Shown here: positions 10,985 through 19,604 of the stretch, in pieces
Position numbering within the stretch: the stretch's first letter is position 1
Layout of the letters: the number at the start of each line of letters is the position of its first letter
Origin: an uncultured Verrucomicrobiae bacterium
GTDB taxonomy: Bacteria; Verrucomicrobiota; Verrucomicrobiia; Opitutales; JABDGR01
NCBI GenBank assembly: GCA_963765205.1
Contig: CAVXVB010000009.1
Span: forward strand, 1,344,001 to 1,408,000
Reading direction: 5' to 3'
DNA: 64,000 nt
The notes under the pieces: model-generated
The model's database searches: none
What the model was told of the DNA's origin: nothing
The model's input: only the letters and a program-made list of their open reading frames with translations
Position numbers and translations under genes: made by a program

Positions 10985-11713
10985 TTAGGGTGGCGCAGGT
11001 GCGGGGGCGGATATACCCGGCGGGGAAGCTGTGGCGGGGGCTGGAGGCTCATCGGTGCCGGGGACAAGGATGAGATAAATGAGAAGGACGCCAAGAACGC
11101 CAATCGCCACCGCAGCGAGGCCCAGTTGGCGGCGTTTCGGCAGAGTCAACCAAAGGACGACCCCGGTAAAGCAGGCAAGGACAATGAGGAGGGCACTGAT
11201 GTCAATAACCCAGTGCCAGGCGGGGCCGGTATAGCGGCCGCGGTGCAGATTATCCAGGACAGCGATGAAGTTGTAGGCTTCGGCATGAACTTGGGCCTGA
11301 GCAGTGGTTTTATTGATTTCGACGTTCCAGAGTTGGCCAGGCTCCTTAAACGCAACCTCGATGCTGTCGCCCACGTCGTCGTAGCTGGTCATTGCGCCAG
11401 TGATGTGAAAGTCCTGGCGAAGATGTTCGACAATGAGCAGGGAATCGTTGTGCGCGAGCAACTCCGGGGAAACGGGGCCGTGGGATTCGTGAAGGCGCGG
11501 GGTGGTCGCGCCAAACCAGTCTTCATGATTAATGGTGAAGCCGGTGATGCCGAACAGGAGGAGGATCAACAAGCCGAGCATGGTGAGGTAAACATGAATC
11601 GTGCGGCACCAGTCCACGAACTGGCGGTTGAGGAGCAAGGGCGCGCCGGCCACCCAGCGCCGGGGCGGCTTGGGCGGCCCGGGCCGGGGCGGGTGTGGGG
11701 CGCGGGCGCTCAT
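10985..11713 (-). CDS. PepSY-associated TM helix membrane protein
   Basis: RTIHVYLTM..LFGITGFTINH, LDNLHRGR, W..VIDISA..TG..LW; three to four TM segments. Confidence 0.8.
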   Translation of the reverse strand: MSARAPHPPRPGPPKPPRRWVAGAPLLLNRQFVDWCRTIHVYLTMLGLLILLLFGITGFTINHEDWFGATTPRLHESHGPVSPELLAHNDSLLIVEHLRQDFHITGAMTSYDDVGDSIEVAFKEPGQLWNVEINKTTAQAQVHAEAYNFIAVLDNLHRGRYTGPAWHWVIDISALLIVLACFTGVVLWLTLPKRRQLGLAAVAIGVLGVLLIYLILVPGTDEPPAPATASPPGISAPAPAPP

Positions 11714-13347
11714 GGTTGGCTTATGGCTGGAGGAATTTTATTGACGTAGTGAATCGTGGCAGGAAGGGATTCAGCGGTGGGGTGCATGGGGAGGGTCAGT
11801 GGCTGGTCACCGCACCGCACGGTGGTGGCCTGCTTGATGTGGTTGCCGTTTTCGCGGTTGATTTCGACCACCAGGTCGTAGTTGCCCTGGGGAACCGGAG
11901 CGCCCTTGTCATCCTTGCCGTCCCAAACAATGGCATACTGGCCGTCGGCGCGGGTGGCCCGCGTGATGGATTGGACATAGCGGGCGTTGGCGGCCTCGGC
12001 GGCCCGGCCAAATTCCCCCCACCAGTTGCTCAATTCCGGCAGGTATTTCAGGTCGGTGCCCCAGATGCTAAGATTACGTATTACGTTATGTTTTTCGTCC
12101 TCGATCCAGACGGCGATATAAGGGTGGTGGGCCCCGCCGCCGCTGGTGTTGCGCAGAGTAAGGTAAAAGTAAACTTGAAAGTCCCTGGGCCAGGGGCCGG
12201 TGGGTGCCGGTTCAGCAGGGGTTGTTTTTGCGCCGGGGGATGGGGCGGTGGAGGAGGGGCTGGCGGGCGCGGAGGACTTGTCCGCCACGGCGGACGGGAG
12301 GTTGGCGATGGGGGCAAGGGGGATGGGTGCGGAGGAGTTGGACCCACCGGGTGCGGCGACGGCCAGGAACACAGGGCTGGCGTGAATACCGCCGGCCGCA
12401 TCCATCATGAGGCAGGCACGGGCTTGGCGCAGGGCGAGTTGCATGCCTTCGTGCGGCCCGAGCACACAGGCGGCCGTGGAAAGGGCGTTGGCGGAAAGGC
12501 AATCCGACGCGCTGACGGTAGCGCTTACCCAAGGCGGGGTCGCCCACTGGGTGCGTGGGTCAATGACGTGGGAGAAGCGTTGGCCGGCAATTTCGAAAAA
12601 GCGGAGGTAGCCGCCGCTGGTGGCGATGGCGGCGTCGCGCAATTCGATTTGGGCCAGGAGCGGCGCGTTGTCAGCGGGTTGGCGCGGGTCGGCGACGCCG
12701 ATAAGCCAGGAACGGTCGCCCCAAGTGCGAAGGTCGCCGCCGATATTTAACAAGCCTTCCGATGCGGTCTGGCGGGCGATGGCGACGGCGCGGTCAATAA
12801 TGTAGCCTTTGCCCAAGGCATCCACATTGAAGGCTTTGGGCGCATGCGCGGCGGCAAGCAGCGCAGCGCGATCCGGCAGTTGCCCGGTTCGCGCGGCGTC
12901 CTTCCAGAGCTGAATGACGTGCGCCAGGTGGACGTTAAGCGCGCCCCCGGTCACTTCGCTCCAGTGGCGGTAGGCGGCGAAAACCTCCTCCAGTTCCGGC
13001 GAAACAGCAACCGAAGCGTTGGCCCGAAAGCGGCTGATTTCGCTCGCGGGATCGTAGGTGCTCAAGATGCGTCGCAGGCGCTCGATCTCGCCGAGGACTT
13101 GCTGCTCGCAGATCCGGGCTTCGTCCGGGCGCGCGGTGTGGACCATCAGCTCCAGCGAGGTGCCCAGCACGCCATCGCGCCGGAAGAGAAAATGGCCGGC
13201 GGAAATCCGGCGGGGAGGCAAAACCGGCGCAAGATTGTGTGGCGGTGCTGCGAGGAGGGCACGTGCTTGGTTGGCCGGCAACGCCGCCAGCCCGAGGGCG
13301 GATACGCAGATCACTTGCCGAAGATAAGGGGGGTGCCTTGGGTTCAT
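11710..13347 (-). CDS. apbE: FAD:protein FMN transferase (ApbE) fused to a C-terminal DUF2271 domain
   Basis: GVLGTSLEL, LSTYDPASEIS, ALGKGYIID, NIGGD, ATSGGY, SHVIDPRT, ANALSTA; C-terminal HPYIAVWIED..ATR..WDGKDDKG..VEINRENG. Confidence 0.85.
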   Translation of the reverse strand: MNPRHPPYLRQVICVSALGLAALPANQARALLAAPPHNLAPVLPPRRISAGHFLFRRDGVLGTSLELMVHTARPDEARICEQQVLGEIERLRRILSTYDPASEISRFRANASVAVSPELEEVFAAYRHWSEVTGGALNVHLAHVIQLWKDAARTGQLPDRAALLAAAHAPKAFNVDALGKGYIIDRAVAIARQTASEGLLNIGGDLRTWGDRSWLIGVADPRQPADNAPLLAQIELRDAAIATSGGYLRFFEIAGQRFSHVIDPRTQWATPPWVSATVSASDCLSANALSTAACVLGPHEGMQLALRQARACLMMDAAGGIHASPVFLAVAAPGGSNSSAPIPLAPIANLPSAVADKSSAPASPSSTAPSPGAKTTPAEPAPTGPWPRDFQVYFYLTLRNTSGGGAHHPYIAVWIEDEKHNVIRNLSIWGTDLKYLPELSNWWGEFGRAAEAANARYVQSITRATRADGQYAIVWDGKDDKGAPVPQGNYDLVVEINRENGNHIKQATTVRCGDQPLTLPMHPTAESLPATIHYVNKIPPAISQP

Positions 13348-13458
13348 CTAAAGCTGGGGGATAGTCGGCTTTAGTTCAGTTTTACGACCGCGGCAAGGAT
13401 TTGCATCCAAAAAAAGATGCGGGGAAGGAATTTCGCGCCAGCCGGGCCGGAATCCCGT

Positions 13459-13902
13459 TTACTTGTGCTTCAATTCCTCGAACCGCTCGCGGCGCTCCTG
13501 TCGGAAATTCGTGACCTCGAGACGAACACCGTCGGGGTCGGAAAAGAAAATCGCATAATAGTCGGGCGCATATTCCGGGTAAAGTTGGGGAACGGAACAG
13601 TCCACCTTGTGCTCCGCAAACTGCCGGGCGATGGCATCTATATCGGCACAGCTTTCGACGCGGAAGCAGAAGTGGTGCAGGCCGGGTGCGAAAGGATTAT
13701 GTTGGGAATGGCCGAGATGCGCAGGGCGGAGGACAAATCCAAAATGCCGGTTGTAATACTGGATGTGGTGCTCGCCTTCGTTGATAAACGTGTTTTTATG
13801 GAAACCCAGGATGCCCATGACGCGGTCGTAAAATACTTCCGAGCGATGGAGGTCGGAAACGGCCAGATAGATATGGTCGATGCCGATAGTCTCAATGCTC
13901 AT
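13459..13902 (-). CDS. VOC / glyoxalase family protein
   Basis: GIDHIYLAVSDL..FY, PGLHHFCFRV, YYAIFFSDPDGVRLEV. Confidence 0.88.
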   Translation of the reverse strand: MSIETIGIDHIYLAVSDLHRSEVFYDRVMGILGFHKNTFINEGEHHIQYYNRHFGFVLRPAHLGHSQHNPFAPGLHHFCFRVESCADIDAIARQFAEHKVDCSVPQLYPEYAPDYYAIFFSDPDGVRLEVTNFRQERRERFEELKHK

Positions 13903-14040
13903 GATTGGCCTCCAGTGTCTGATCCGGCACATGCTAAAAAAGATTCCCGCTTCGCCAAAACTCATCAAGGCGCAATCCAGAGGATGCGAATTCCGCCAGG
14001 CAACTTTAGCCCAGGCGGCGGGACCGGCCCACGCCACAGC

Positions 14041-15438
14041 TCAAATGTCCGCGAGACGACCGGTGGAATCGCCAAACCGGGCCACGTCCTTGATGCCGAC
14101 GCGGTCCATCATGCTGAGGTAAAGGTTGGTGATGGGCGTGGGGTCATGCTGGACGTAGCGACCGGTGTTGAGGGTGCCGCCGCCGGCGCCCGCGAGGATG
14201 AGGGGGAGGTTGACGTGGGTGTGCTGGTTCCCATCGGCATTGCCGCCGCCGTAGAGAATCTGTGAGTTGTGGAGGAGCGATTGGCCATCCACGTCCTTCG
14301 TGTTGTCCATTTTTTCGAGGAAGTAGGCGAGCTGGGTGGCATACCATACGTCAATCTGCGTGACTTTCTCGATAAGCTCGGGCTTGTTGCCGTGGTGGGA
14401 GAGGCTGTGGTGGCCTTCGGGGATGCCGATTTCCTTGAAGTCGCGGTTGTTGCCGTCACCCGAGAGGATCAAGGTCGCAATGCGGGTGCTGTCCGTCTGG
14501 AAGGTCAGGTGCAGCATGTCGAGCATGATGCGGACATATTCCGTAAAACTTTCGGGGATTCCGGCCGGGGCGTCGGCGTCGGGCTGGGGCATGCTGGCGC
14601 GGTGTTGTTCCGCGTTGACGATCCGTTGCTCGATTTCGCGCAGGCCGGTGAGGTATTCGTCGAGTTTTTCCTGGTCCCGGCCGGACAGTTCGCGTTGGAG
14701 GGCGTTGGTGTCATCCTGGACGAAATCGAGGATGGAGTGTTGTTGCTGCTGGCGTCGGGCGAGATTTTGCGCGCGCTGGTCGCGCGGGCCGGCGCCAAAG
14801 AGGCGTTCGAAGAGGAGGCGGGGATTGTCTTCGGGGGTGAGGGGGGTGGTGGGGGAACTCCAGGCGAGGTTATGCTGGTAAACGCAGGCGTAGCCGGTGT
14901 CGCAGGCGCCGGTGTTCTGGATGGTGTCGCAGGTGAGTTCGAGCGAGCGGAAGGGGGTAATCATGCCGAGTTGCTGGGCCATGACCTGGTCGGCGGAGAT
15001 GCCGGCATGGAAGTCCGCGCCACCGGTTTTCTTGATGCGAACGCCGGTGAGAAAGGTGCCGTTGGCGCGGGCATGGTCGCCACCGCCGTCCGCTCCCGCC
15101 ATGGCGGAGAGGTCGGTCAAGCCACCGATGACCTGGATTTTGTCCTTAACCTTGGCCAGGGGCTGCATGGTGCGGTTAAGGACGTAATCCTTGCCTTCGC
15201 CAGTGGGCCACCAGGCGGCGGGAATCGCGCCATTGGGGAAATAGAGGAAAGCGGTGCGAAGGGGAGCACCGGTAGGGGTGGTGGCCAGCAGCGGTGCGCC
15301 GGAGGCAACGGAGGCCGCACCCAGGCGACGGGGAAGCAGGGATTCCATGGTCGGCAGGGCCAGGCAAACCCCGAGGCCGCGGAGGAAACGACGGCGGCTG
15401 AGACGTTGGGCGGCGGCGCTAGGGAGGCGTGGGGACAT
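14041..15438 (-). CDS. DUF1552 (HXXSHH) family protein with Tat-like signal
   Basis: SRRRFLRGLGVCLALP, YFPNG, GDHARA, HHSLSHH, LPLILAG, FGDSTG. Confidence 0.88.
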   Translation of the reverse strand: MSPRLPSAAAQRLSRRRFLRGLGVCLALPTMESLLPRRLGAASVASGAPLLATTPTGAPLRTAFLYFPNGAIPAAWWPTGEGKDYVLNRTMQPLAKVKDKIQVIGGLTDLSAMAGADGGGDHARANGTFLTGVRIKKTGGADFHAGISADQVMAQQLGMITPFRSLELTCDTIQNTGACDTGYACVYQHNLAWSSPTTPLTPEDNPRLLFERLFGAGPRDQRAQNLARRQQQQHSILDFVQDDTNALQRELSGRDQEKLDEYLTGLREIEQRIVNAEQHRASMPQPDADAPAGIPESFTEYVRIMLDMLHLTFQTDSTRIATLILSGDGNNRDFKEIGIPEGHHSLSHHGNKPELIEKVTQIDVWYATQLAYFLEKMDNTKDVDGQSLLHNSQILYGGGNADGNQHTHVNLPLILAGAGGGTLNTGRYVQHDPTPITNLYLSMMDRVGIKDVARFGDSTGRLADI

Positions 15439-17992
15439 GGGCGGGGGTGGTTTGGGTTAGCTGGCTGGAGGCCGGGGAGTCGGTCTTCAAAGGGTTGGCG
15501 AGGGGGCGGCGTTCTTGAAAGGGGGCGGACTCGATGACGCCCAGCAACAGCGCGGAAAAGCGGCCATCCGCATGGTCGAGGCGATCCACAATTTTGTCAA
15601 TGGTAGGCACATCGTAATACTCCATTCCGCGTCCGACAGCATAGGTAAGCAGTTTTTCGGTCAAAGTGCGATAAAATTCCTCGCGGTGGTTGGTGACGAG
15701 AATATGCTTCAATTCGGCGATATTTTGGAAGGATTCGCCGGTGGAGAGGGTGCCGGTGGCGTCAATGGGCAGGCTCAGTTCCTGCGTCCGGTAAAGGCCG
15801 AGGGCATTGAAATTTTCCAAGGCGAGGCCGAGCGGGTCCATGCGGTCGTGGCAGGAGGCGCAGAGGGGGTTCTGGCGGTGAAGGGCGAGGACCTCGCGCT
15901 GCGTGGGGGTGTGATCCGTGGCCAGCTTGGCGGCGTCTTCGAGGGGGGGGATATTGGGCGGGGGCGGGGGCGCGGGGGCACCGAGGATGTTTTCCAGAAT
16001 CCATTTGCCGCGCTTGACGGGCGAGGTGCGGGTGGGGTTGGAAGTCATGAGCAGGGTGCTGGCCATCGTGAGGACGCCGCCGCCACGCGGGTTGGTGGGC
16101 GGCAGTTCCACTTTGCGGAATTCCGGCCCGGTGACGGAGCCGGGGGGCAGGCCATCGTCCGTGTAATAGTTGGCGAGGGTTTCGTTGCGAAACGCATAGT
16201 TGCTATCCAGCAGTTCGAGGATGCTGCGGTCGTTGTGAACGACGTAACCGAAATAGGCCATGGTTTCCTGCTGGATGGCGGCGCGCAAGTCGGGGGTTAA
16301 CTGCCGCTTGAATTGGAACCCCTCGCGGGCCAGAATCTCCGGCGCATTGATGGGCAGGTCGGGCAGGTCGCGGGATTGGAGCCACTGCCCGGCAAAATTG
16401 TCCACGAAGGCCTCGCTGCGCGGGTCGGCCAACATGCGTTGAACCTGGGCCTCAAGGTGGTTGCGCAATTGGCCGGTGCCGGCGAGTTGGAGCAGTTCGT
16501 CATCCGGCAGAGTTGACCAGAGGAAATAAGAAAGACGGGAGGCGAGGCTGTATTCGTCCAACTGGGCAAACGGCTGGCCCGGCGCGGGCGGGGTGGCGCT
16601 TTCGATGTGGAAGAGGAACCGCGGCGTGGCCAGGACGGCAGCCATCGCGCGGGAAACGCCGGCCTCGAAAGTGCCGCCGGGTTGGGAATAAGATTTCTCG
16701 GCCACGTCCACGAGGCCGTTGACGAGGGTATCGCTGGCGGGACGGCGGAAGGCCTTGGTGGCGAAAGCGGCGAGAATTTCGCGGGCGTATTGGCGGCGGC
16801 CGGCGGCGTCGGCAGGAGGGACATCGCGGGGAAAGAAGCGCGCATAATTGGGCGCATGGGGCCAGTCCTTCGGGTCGAGCGGACCTTCGACTGTGACCGA
16901 GCTGACTTTGAAGTCCATTTTAGTGTGATTGGACCGCATATCGGGGAGCAGGGGCTGCAATTCGAAGGATACCTGGTGCGTGCCCTTTTCCCAGTGGACG
17001 ACATAATCGTCGCTGTAAAATTCACAATCATACCATACATAGCCATGCTCCGCGACTTCCTGGCCATCGGATTTGACGATGACGGTGCATTGGGCCGGGT
17101 CATAGGCGGCGGTTCCGTCCACTTCCATCTCGGCCTTGATGTGATAATCGCCGGCGGCGATGGCTTGGTAAGTGTGGGTGACTTCCTGTGGAGTGTAAAA
17201 ATCCATGAAATCACCCGGCTTGTGTCCAATCTTGGTGAGGTCTTTGGCCGGAGGAGACTCGAGGAATTCCTTGCCCCAATAAGTTTGGACGGGGAGGGCG
17301 TAAGTGGTGGCCGGGACGGCGCGGTCCACAATGGTTTGCGCGGCCTGGAGGAATTTCTCGAGGCGCATGGGCGAGATGGTGAGCACGTCGCCGATGTCGT
17401 CAAAGCCGTAGCCGGTGTCATCAGGCGGGAATTCGACATTGACATCGAAGTCCACGCCCAGGAGGTCTTTGATGGTATTGTGATATTCAGTACGATTGAG
17501 TCGGCGAAGGGTGACGCGGCCCGGGTCAAGGTTGTCCGGGTCTATGCCAAAGGCGGAGAACTTAATCCAGTTGTCGAGGGTGGCCTGGTCCTGGGCGGAG
17601 AGGCGGGGGTTGCCGCCGGCAGGCATGATGCCGGAGCGGGTGTTCTTGAGCACCTTGAGCCAGAGGTCGGGATTGTGGAGAATTTGGTCCTCGGTCTTCA
17701 ATTGGTCAAAGGCCACGCCGGCGCGGCTTTCGCCGTTGCCGTGGCAGTCATAGCAATTGTCCTTCAAAATGGGTTCGATGACTTGGTGAAAAGTGGCGAG
17801 GGCGGGATTGACGGGGGGCGCGCTGGGAGCAGTCGCGGCGGGGGTTTTAATGGGCGCAGGGGCGGAAATTGGGGTAATTTTGTCTTGGTTCTGGATGCAG
17901 CCCGCGAGCAGCGCGCCCAGGCCCACGGCCACCGCGCCGCCAGCCGCCCACGCGAGCCAGCGCATCTTGCCACGATGGAGGGGGAGTTTCAT
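15419..17992 (-). CDS. DUF1592/1588/1587/1585/1595 protein with planctomycete-type cytochrome c domains; probable lipoprotein
   Basis: Lipobox LAGC; heme motifs CYDCH and CASCH; RRLNRTEYHNTIKDLLG, LASRLSYFLWS, RTSPVKRGKWIL. Confidence 0.88.
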   Translation of the reverse strand: MKLPLHRGKMRWLAWAAGGAVAVGLGALLAGCIQNQDKITPISAPAPIKTPAATAPSAPPVNPALATFHQVIEPILKDNCYDCHGNGESRAGVAFDQLKTEDQILHNPDLWLKVLKNTRSGIMPAGGNPRLSAQDQATLDNWIKFSAFGIDPDNLDPGRVTLRRLNRTEYHNTIKDLLGVDFDVNVEFPPDDTGYGFDDIGDVLTISPMRLEKFLQAAQTIVDRAVPATTYALPVQTYWGKEFLESPPAKDLTKIGHKPGDFMDFYTPQEVTHTYQAIAAGDYHIKAEMEVDGTAAYDPAQCTVIVKSDGQEVAEHGYVWYDCEFYSDDYVVHWEKGTHQVSFELQPLLPDMRSNHTKMDFKVSSVTVEGPLDPKDWPHAPNYARFFPRDVPPADAAGRRQYAREILAAFATKAFRRPASDTLVNGLVDVAEKSYSQPGGTFEAGVSRAMAAVLATPRFLFHIESATPPAPGQPFAQLDEYSLASRLSYFLWSTLPDDELLQLAGTGQLRNHLEAQVQRMLADPRSEAFVDNFAGQWLQSRDLPDLPINAPEILAREGFQFKRQLTPDLRAAIQQETMAYFGYVVHNDRSILELLDSNYAFRNETLANYYTDDGLPPGSVTGPEFRKVELPPTNPRGGGVLTMASTLLMTSNPTRTSPVKRGKWILENILGAPAPPPPPNIPPLEDAAKLATDHTPTQREVLALHRQNPLCASCHDRMDPLGLALENFNALGLYRTQELSLPIDATGTLSTGESFQNIAELKHILVTNHREEFYRTLTEKLLTYAVGRGMEYYDVPTIDKIVDRLDHADGRFSALLLGVIESAPFQERRPLANPLKTDSPASSQLTQTTPAHVPTPP

Positions 17993-18019
17993 CACCAAGG
18001 GTAAGTAGGAAGCGCAATT

Positions 18020-18919
18020 TCAGTTGGATTTGGGCGCCAGGGCAACCCGGAATCCCAAAATGCTGGAGACAAAAATTCCGGATCCGCCGCCAATCCCACC
18101 GGGGGCGGCGCTATAGCGGGCGGCGGAACGGCCATAGCGGGCCGCGAGATACCAGGAGCCGCCGCGCTGGACGCGATACGGCCCCTTCACGCCTAGCGGA
18201 TCAGTGACCGGGCCTGCCGGATACGGGCCGTATTTGTCCGCGCACCATTCGCGCACGTTGCCGTGCATGTCGTAAAGCCCCCAGGCGTTGGGCTTTTTTT
18301 GGCCCACCGGATGGGTGGAACCGGCGCTGTTTTTGTCATACCAAGTCATCTCCTCCAAGTCCCCCGCATAGGGTGTGGTGGTGCCCGCGCGGCAGGCATA
18401 TTCCCATTGGGCTTCGGTGGGGAGTTGAAACGCGTAACCGGCCGGCAGCCGGCCGGCGGCCTGCTCCTGGTCGGTCAACTTCTGGCAAAACGCCGCCGCA
18501 TCGTCCCAGGAAACACATTCCACCGGCAAATTTGGGTCCGTATGAAACGCGCTCGGATTGGCGCCGGTAAGCGCCTGATATTGCGCCTGGGTGACGGGAA
18601 ATTTCCCCAGCCAGAAATCCTTGGAAATCGTCACCGCATGTTGCGGGCCTTCGTCGAGCAAGCGACCGGCTTCGGAGTCCGGGCTGCCCATGGTAAAGGT
18701 GCCGGCTTTGATGGGCGCAAGATCCAGTGTGACCTGTCCCGGCAAGGGCACGGTGCAAAGCTGGCCGGGCTTCGGTGGCGAAGCGGCCGGGGTCGCCGCG
18801 GCCGCCACAGGTGCGGCCTCCGCCGCCTGGCTCGACGGCACCCCTTGCCCCACCAACAAAACGCCCAGCACCCCAAGCAACAGGATGAGGGAAAGTTTAT
18901 TCTTTATGGGGTGGCGCAT
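18020..18919 (-). CDS. Formylglycine-generating enzyme (SUMF1) fold protein, secreted, probably non-catalytic
   Basis: FTMGS, VTQAQY, LPVECVSWDDA, LPTEAQWEYACRAG, PNAWGLYDMHGNVREW, RGGSW, GFRV; lacks the FGE catalytic Cys pair. Confidence 0.88.
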   Translation of the reverse strand: MRHPIKNKLSLILLLGVLGVLLVGQGVPSSQAAEAAPVAAAATPAASPPKPGQLCTVPLPGQVTLDLAPIKAGTFTMGSPDSEAGRLLDEGPQHAVTISKDFWLGKFPVTQAQYQALTGANPSAFHTDPNLPVECVSWDDAAAFCQKLTDQEQAAGRLPAGYAFQLPTEAQWEYACRAGTTTPYAGDLEEMTWYDKNSAGSTHPVGQKKPNAWGLYDMHGNVREWCADKYGPYPAGPVTDPLGVKGPYRVQRGGSWYLAARYGRSAARYSAAPGGIGGGSGIFVSSILGFRVALAPKSN

Positions 18920-19342
18920 TTTCAGTTCGGCTCGGGATGCAAGGGAAAACCAGACAAATTTCCCGGCCCTCTTTCAAGCCTTAAAATGGCGGCCCCGGCC
19001 CGGCCAACCTATTCAGCCTTTAGGCAAATGTGTAAATGGCTACACCCCCCAGCGCCTCTACATTCCGCCCAAACACAAACGCTCTTCCGATAAAACCGGG
19101 ATGTCATCAGCGACCATCGCCGGGCGGGCGATTGGCGCGCCGGGCACTAATATTTTACGGGGAAAATCATCAAACAACACTGTGACCCGCACGCTCGGCT
19201 GCGGAATTGACCCGACCCTTTTCCAGAGCGGAAATCGTGGCAAATCAGTCCTTGCGGACAACAGCGGATTTCCGTGGAGTTTGTTTAAGTTTGTTGGATT
19301 ATTCTTGCCTTTTAAAATTTAACTTACAGATTATAAATAGAT

Positions 19343-19413
19343 TGCGGGCAGGTGGAATCGAACCACCGAGATCAGTTTGGAAAACTGAAGTTTTGCCACT
19401 AAACTATGCCCGC
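19343..19413 (-). tRNA. tRNA-Gly(TCC)
   Basis: GCGGGCA/TGCCCGC acceptor stem, TCAGT-TTTCCAA-ACTGA anticodon arm, GGTGG-TTCGATT-CCACC T arm; no encoded CCA. Confidence 0.93.
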
Positions 19414-19525
19414 GAACTGGCTGGCTTTACTTTTGGAGATTTGATCGCCGAGGTCAAGCCTGCGCGGGACGGAGGCACCCTACCCTTAGGGAAATGCTTT
19501 CGATCTGTTTTCCGCGTTTCAATTT

Positions 19526-19591
19526 AACCACAGATTGCCCGGACAGCACTGATGCACGAGAGTATCTGAGCCATCTGTGCAATCCGTGGTT
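19526..19591. repeat. Imperfect hairpin of the CACGGAT-type 9-mer repeat family
   Basis: AACCACAGATTGCCCGGACAGCACTGAT ... ATCTGAGCCATCTGTGCAATCCGTGGTT with a 10-nt loop. Confidence 0.7.
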
Positions 19592-19604
19592 TCAACCTCG
19601 GCTT

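Noticed and set aside
18020..18180. FGE-fold C terminus as a possible diversity-generating retroelement target
   Set aside because: No reverse transcriptase and no adenine-variant template repeat were seen in the window; a distant DGR cannot be excluded.
18920..19342. 420-bp intergenic region as an ncRNA or att site
   Set aside because: No recognisable riboswitch, repeat or match to the tRNA end was found by eye.
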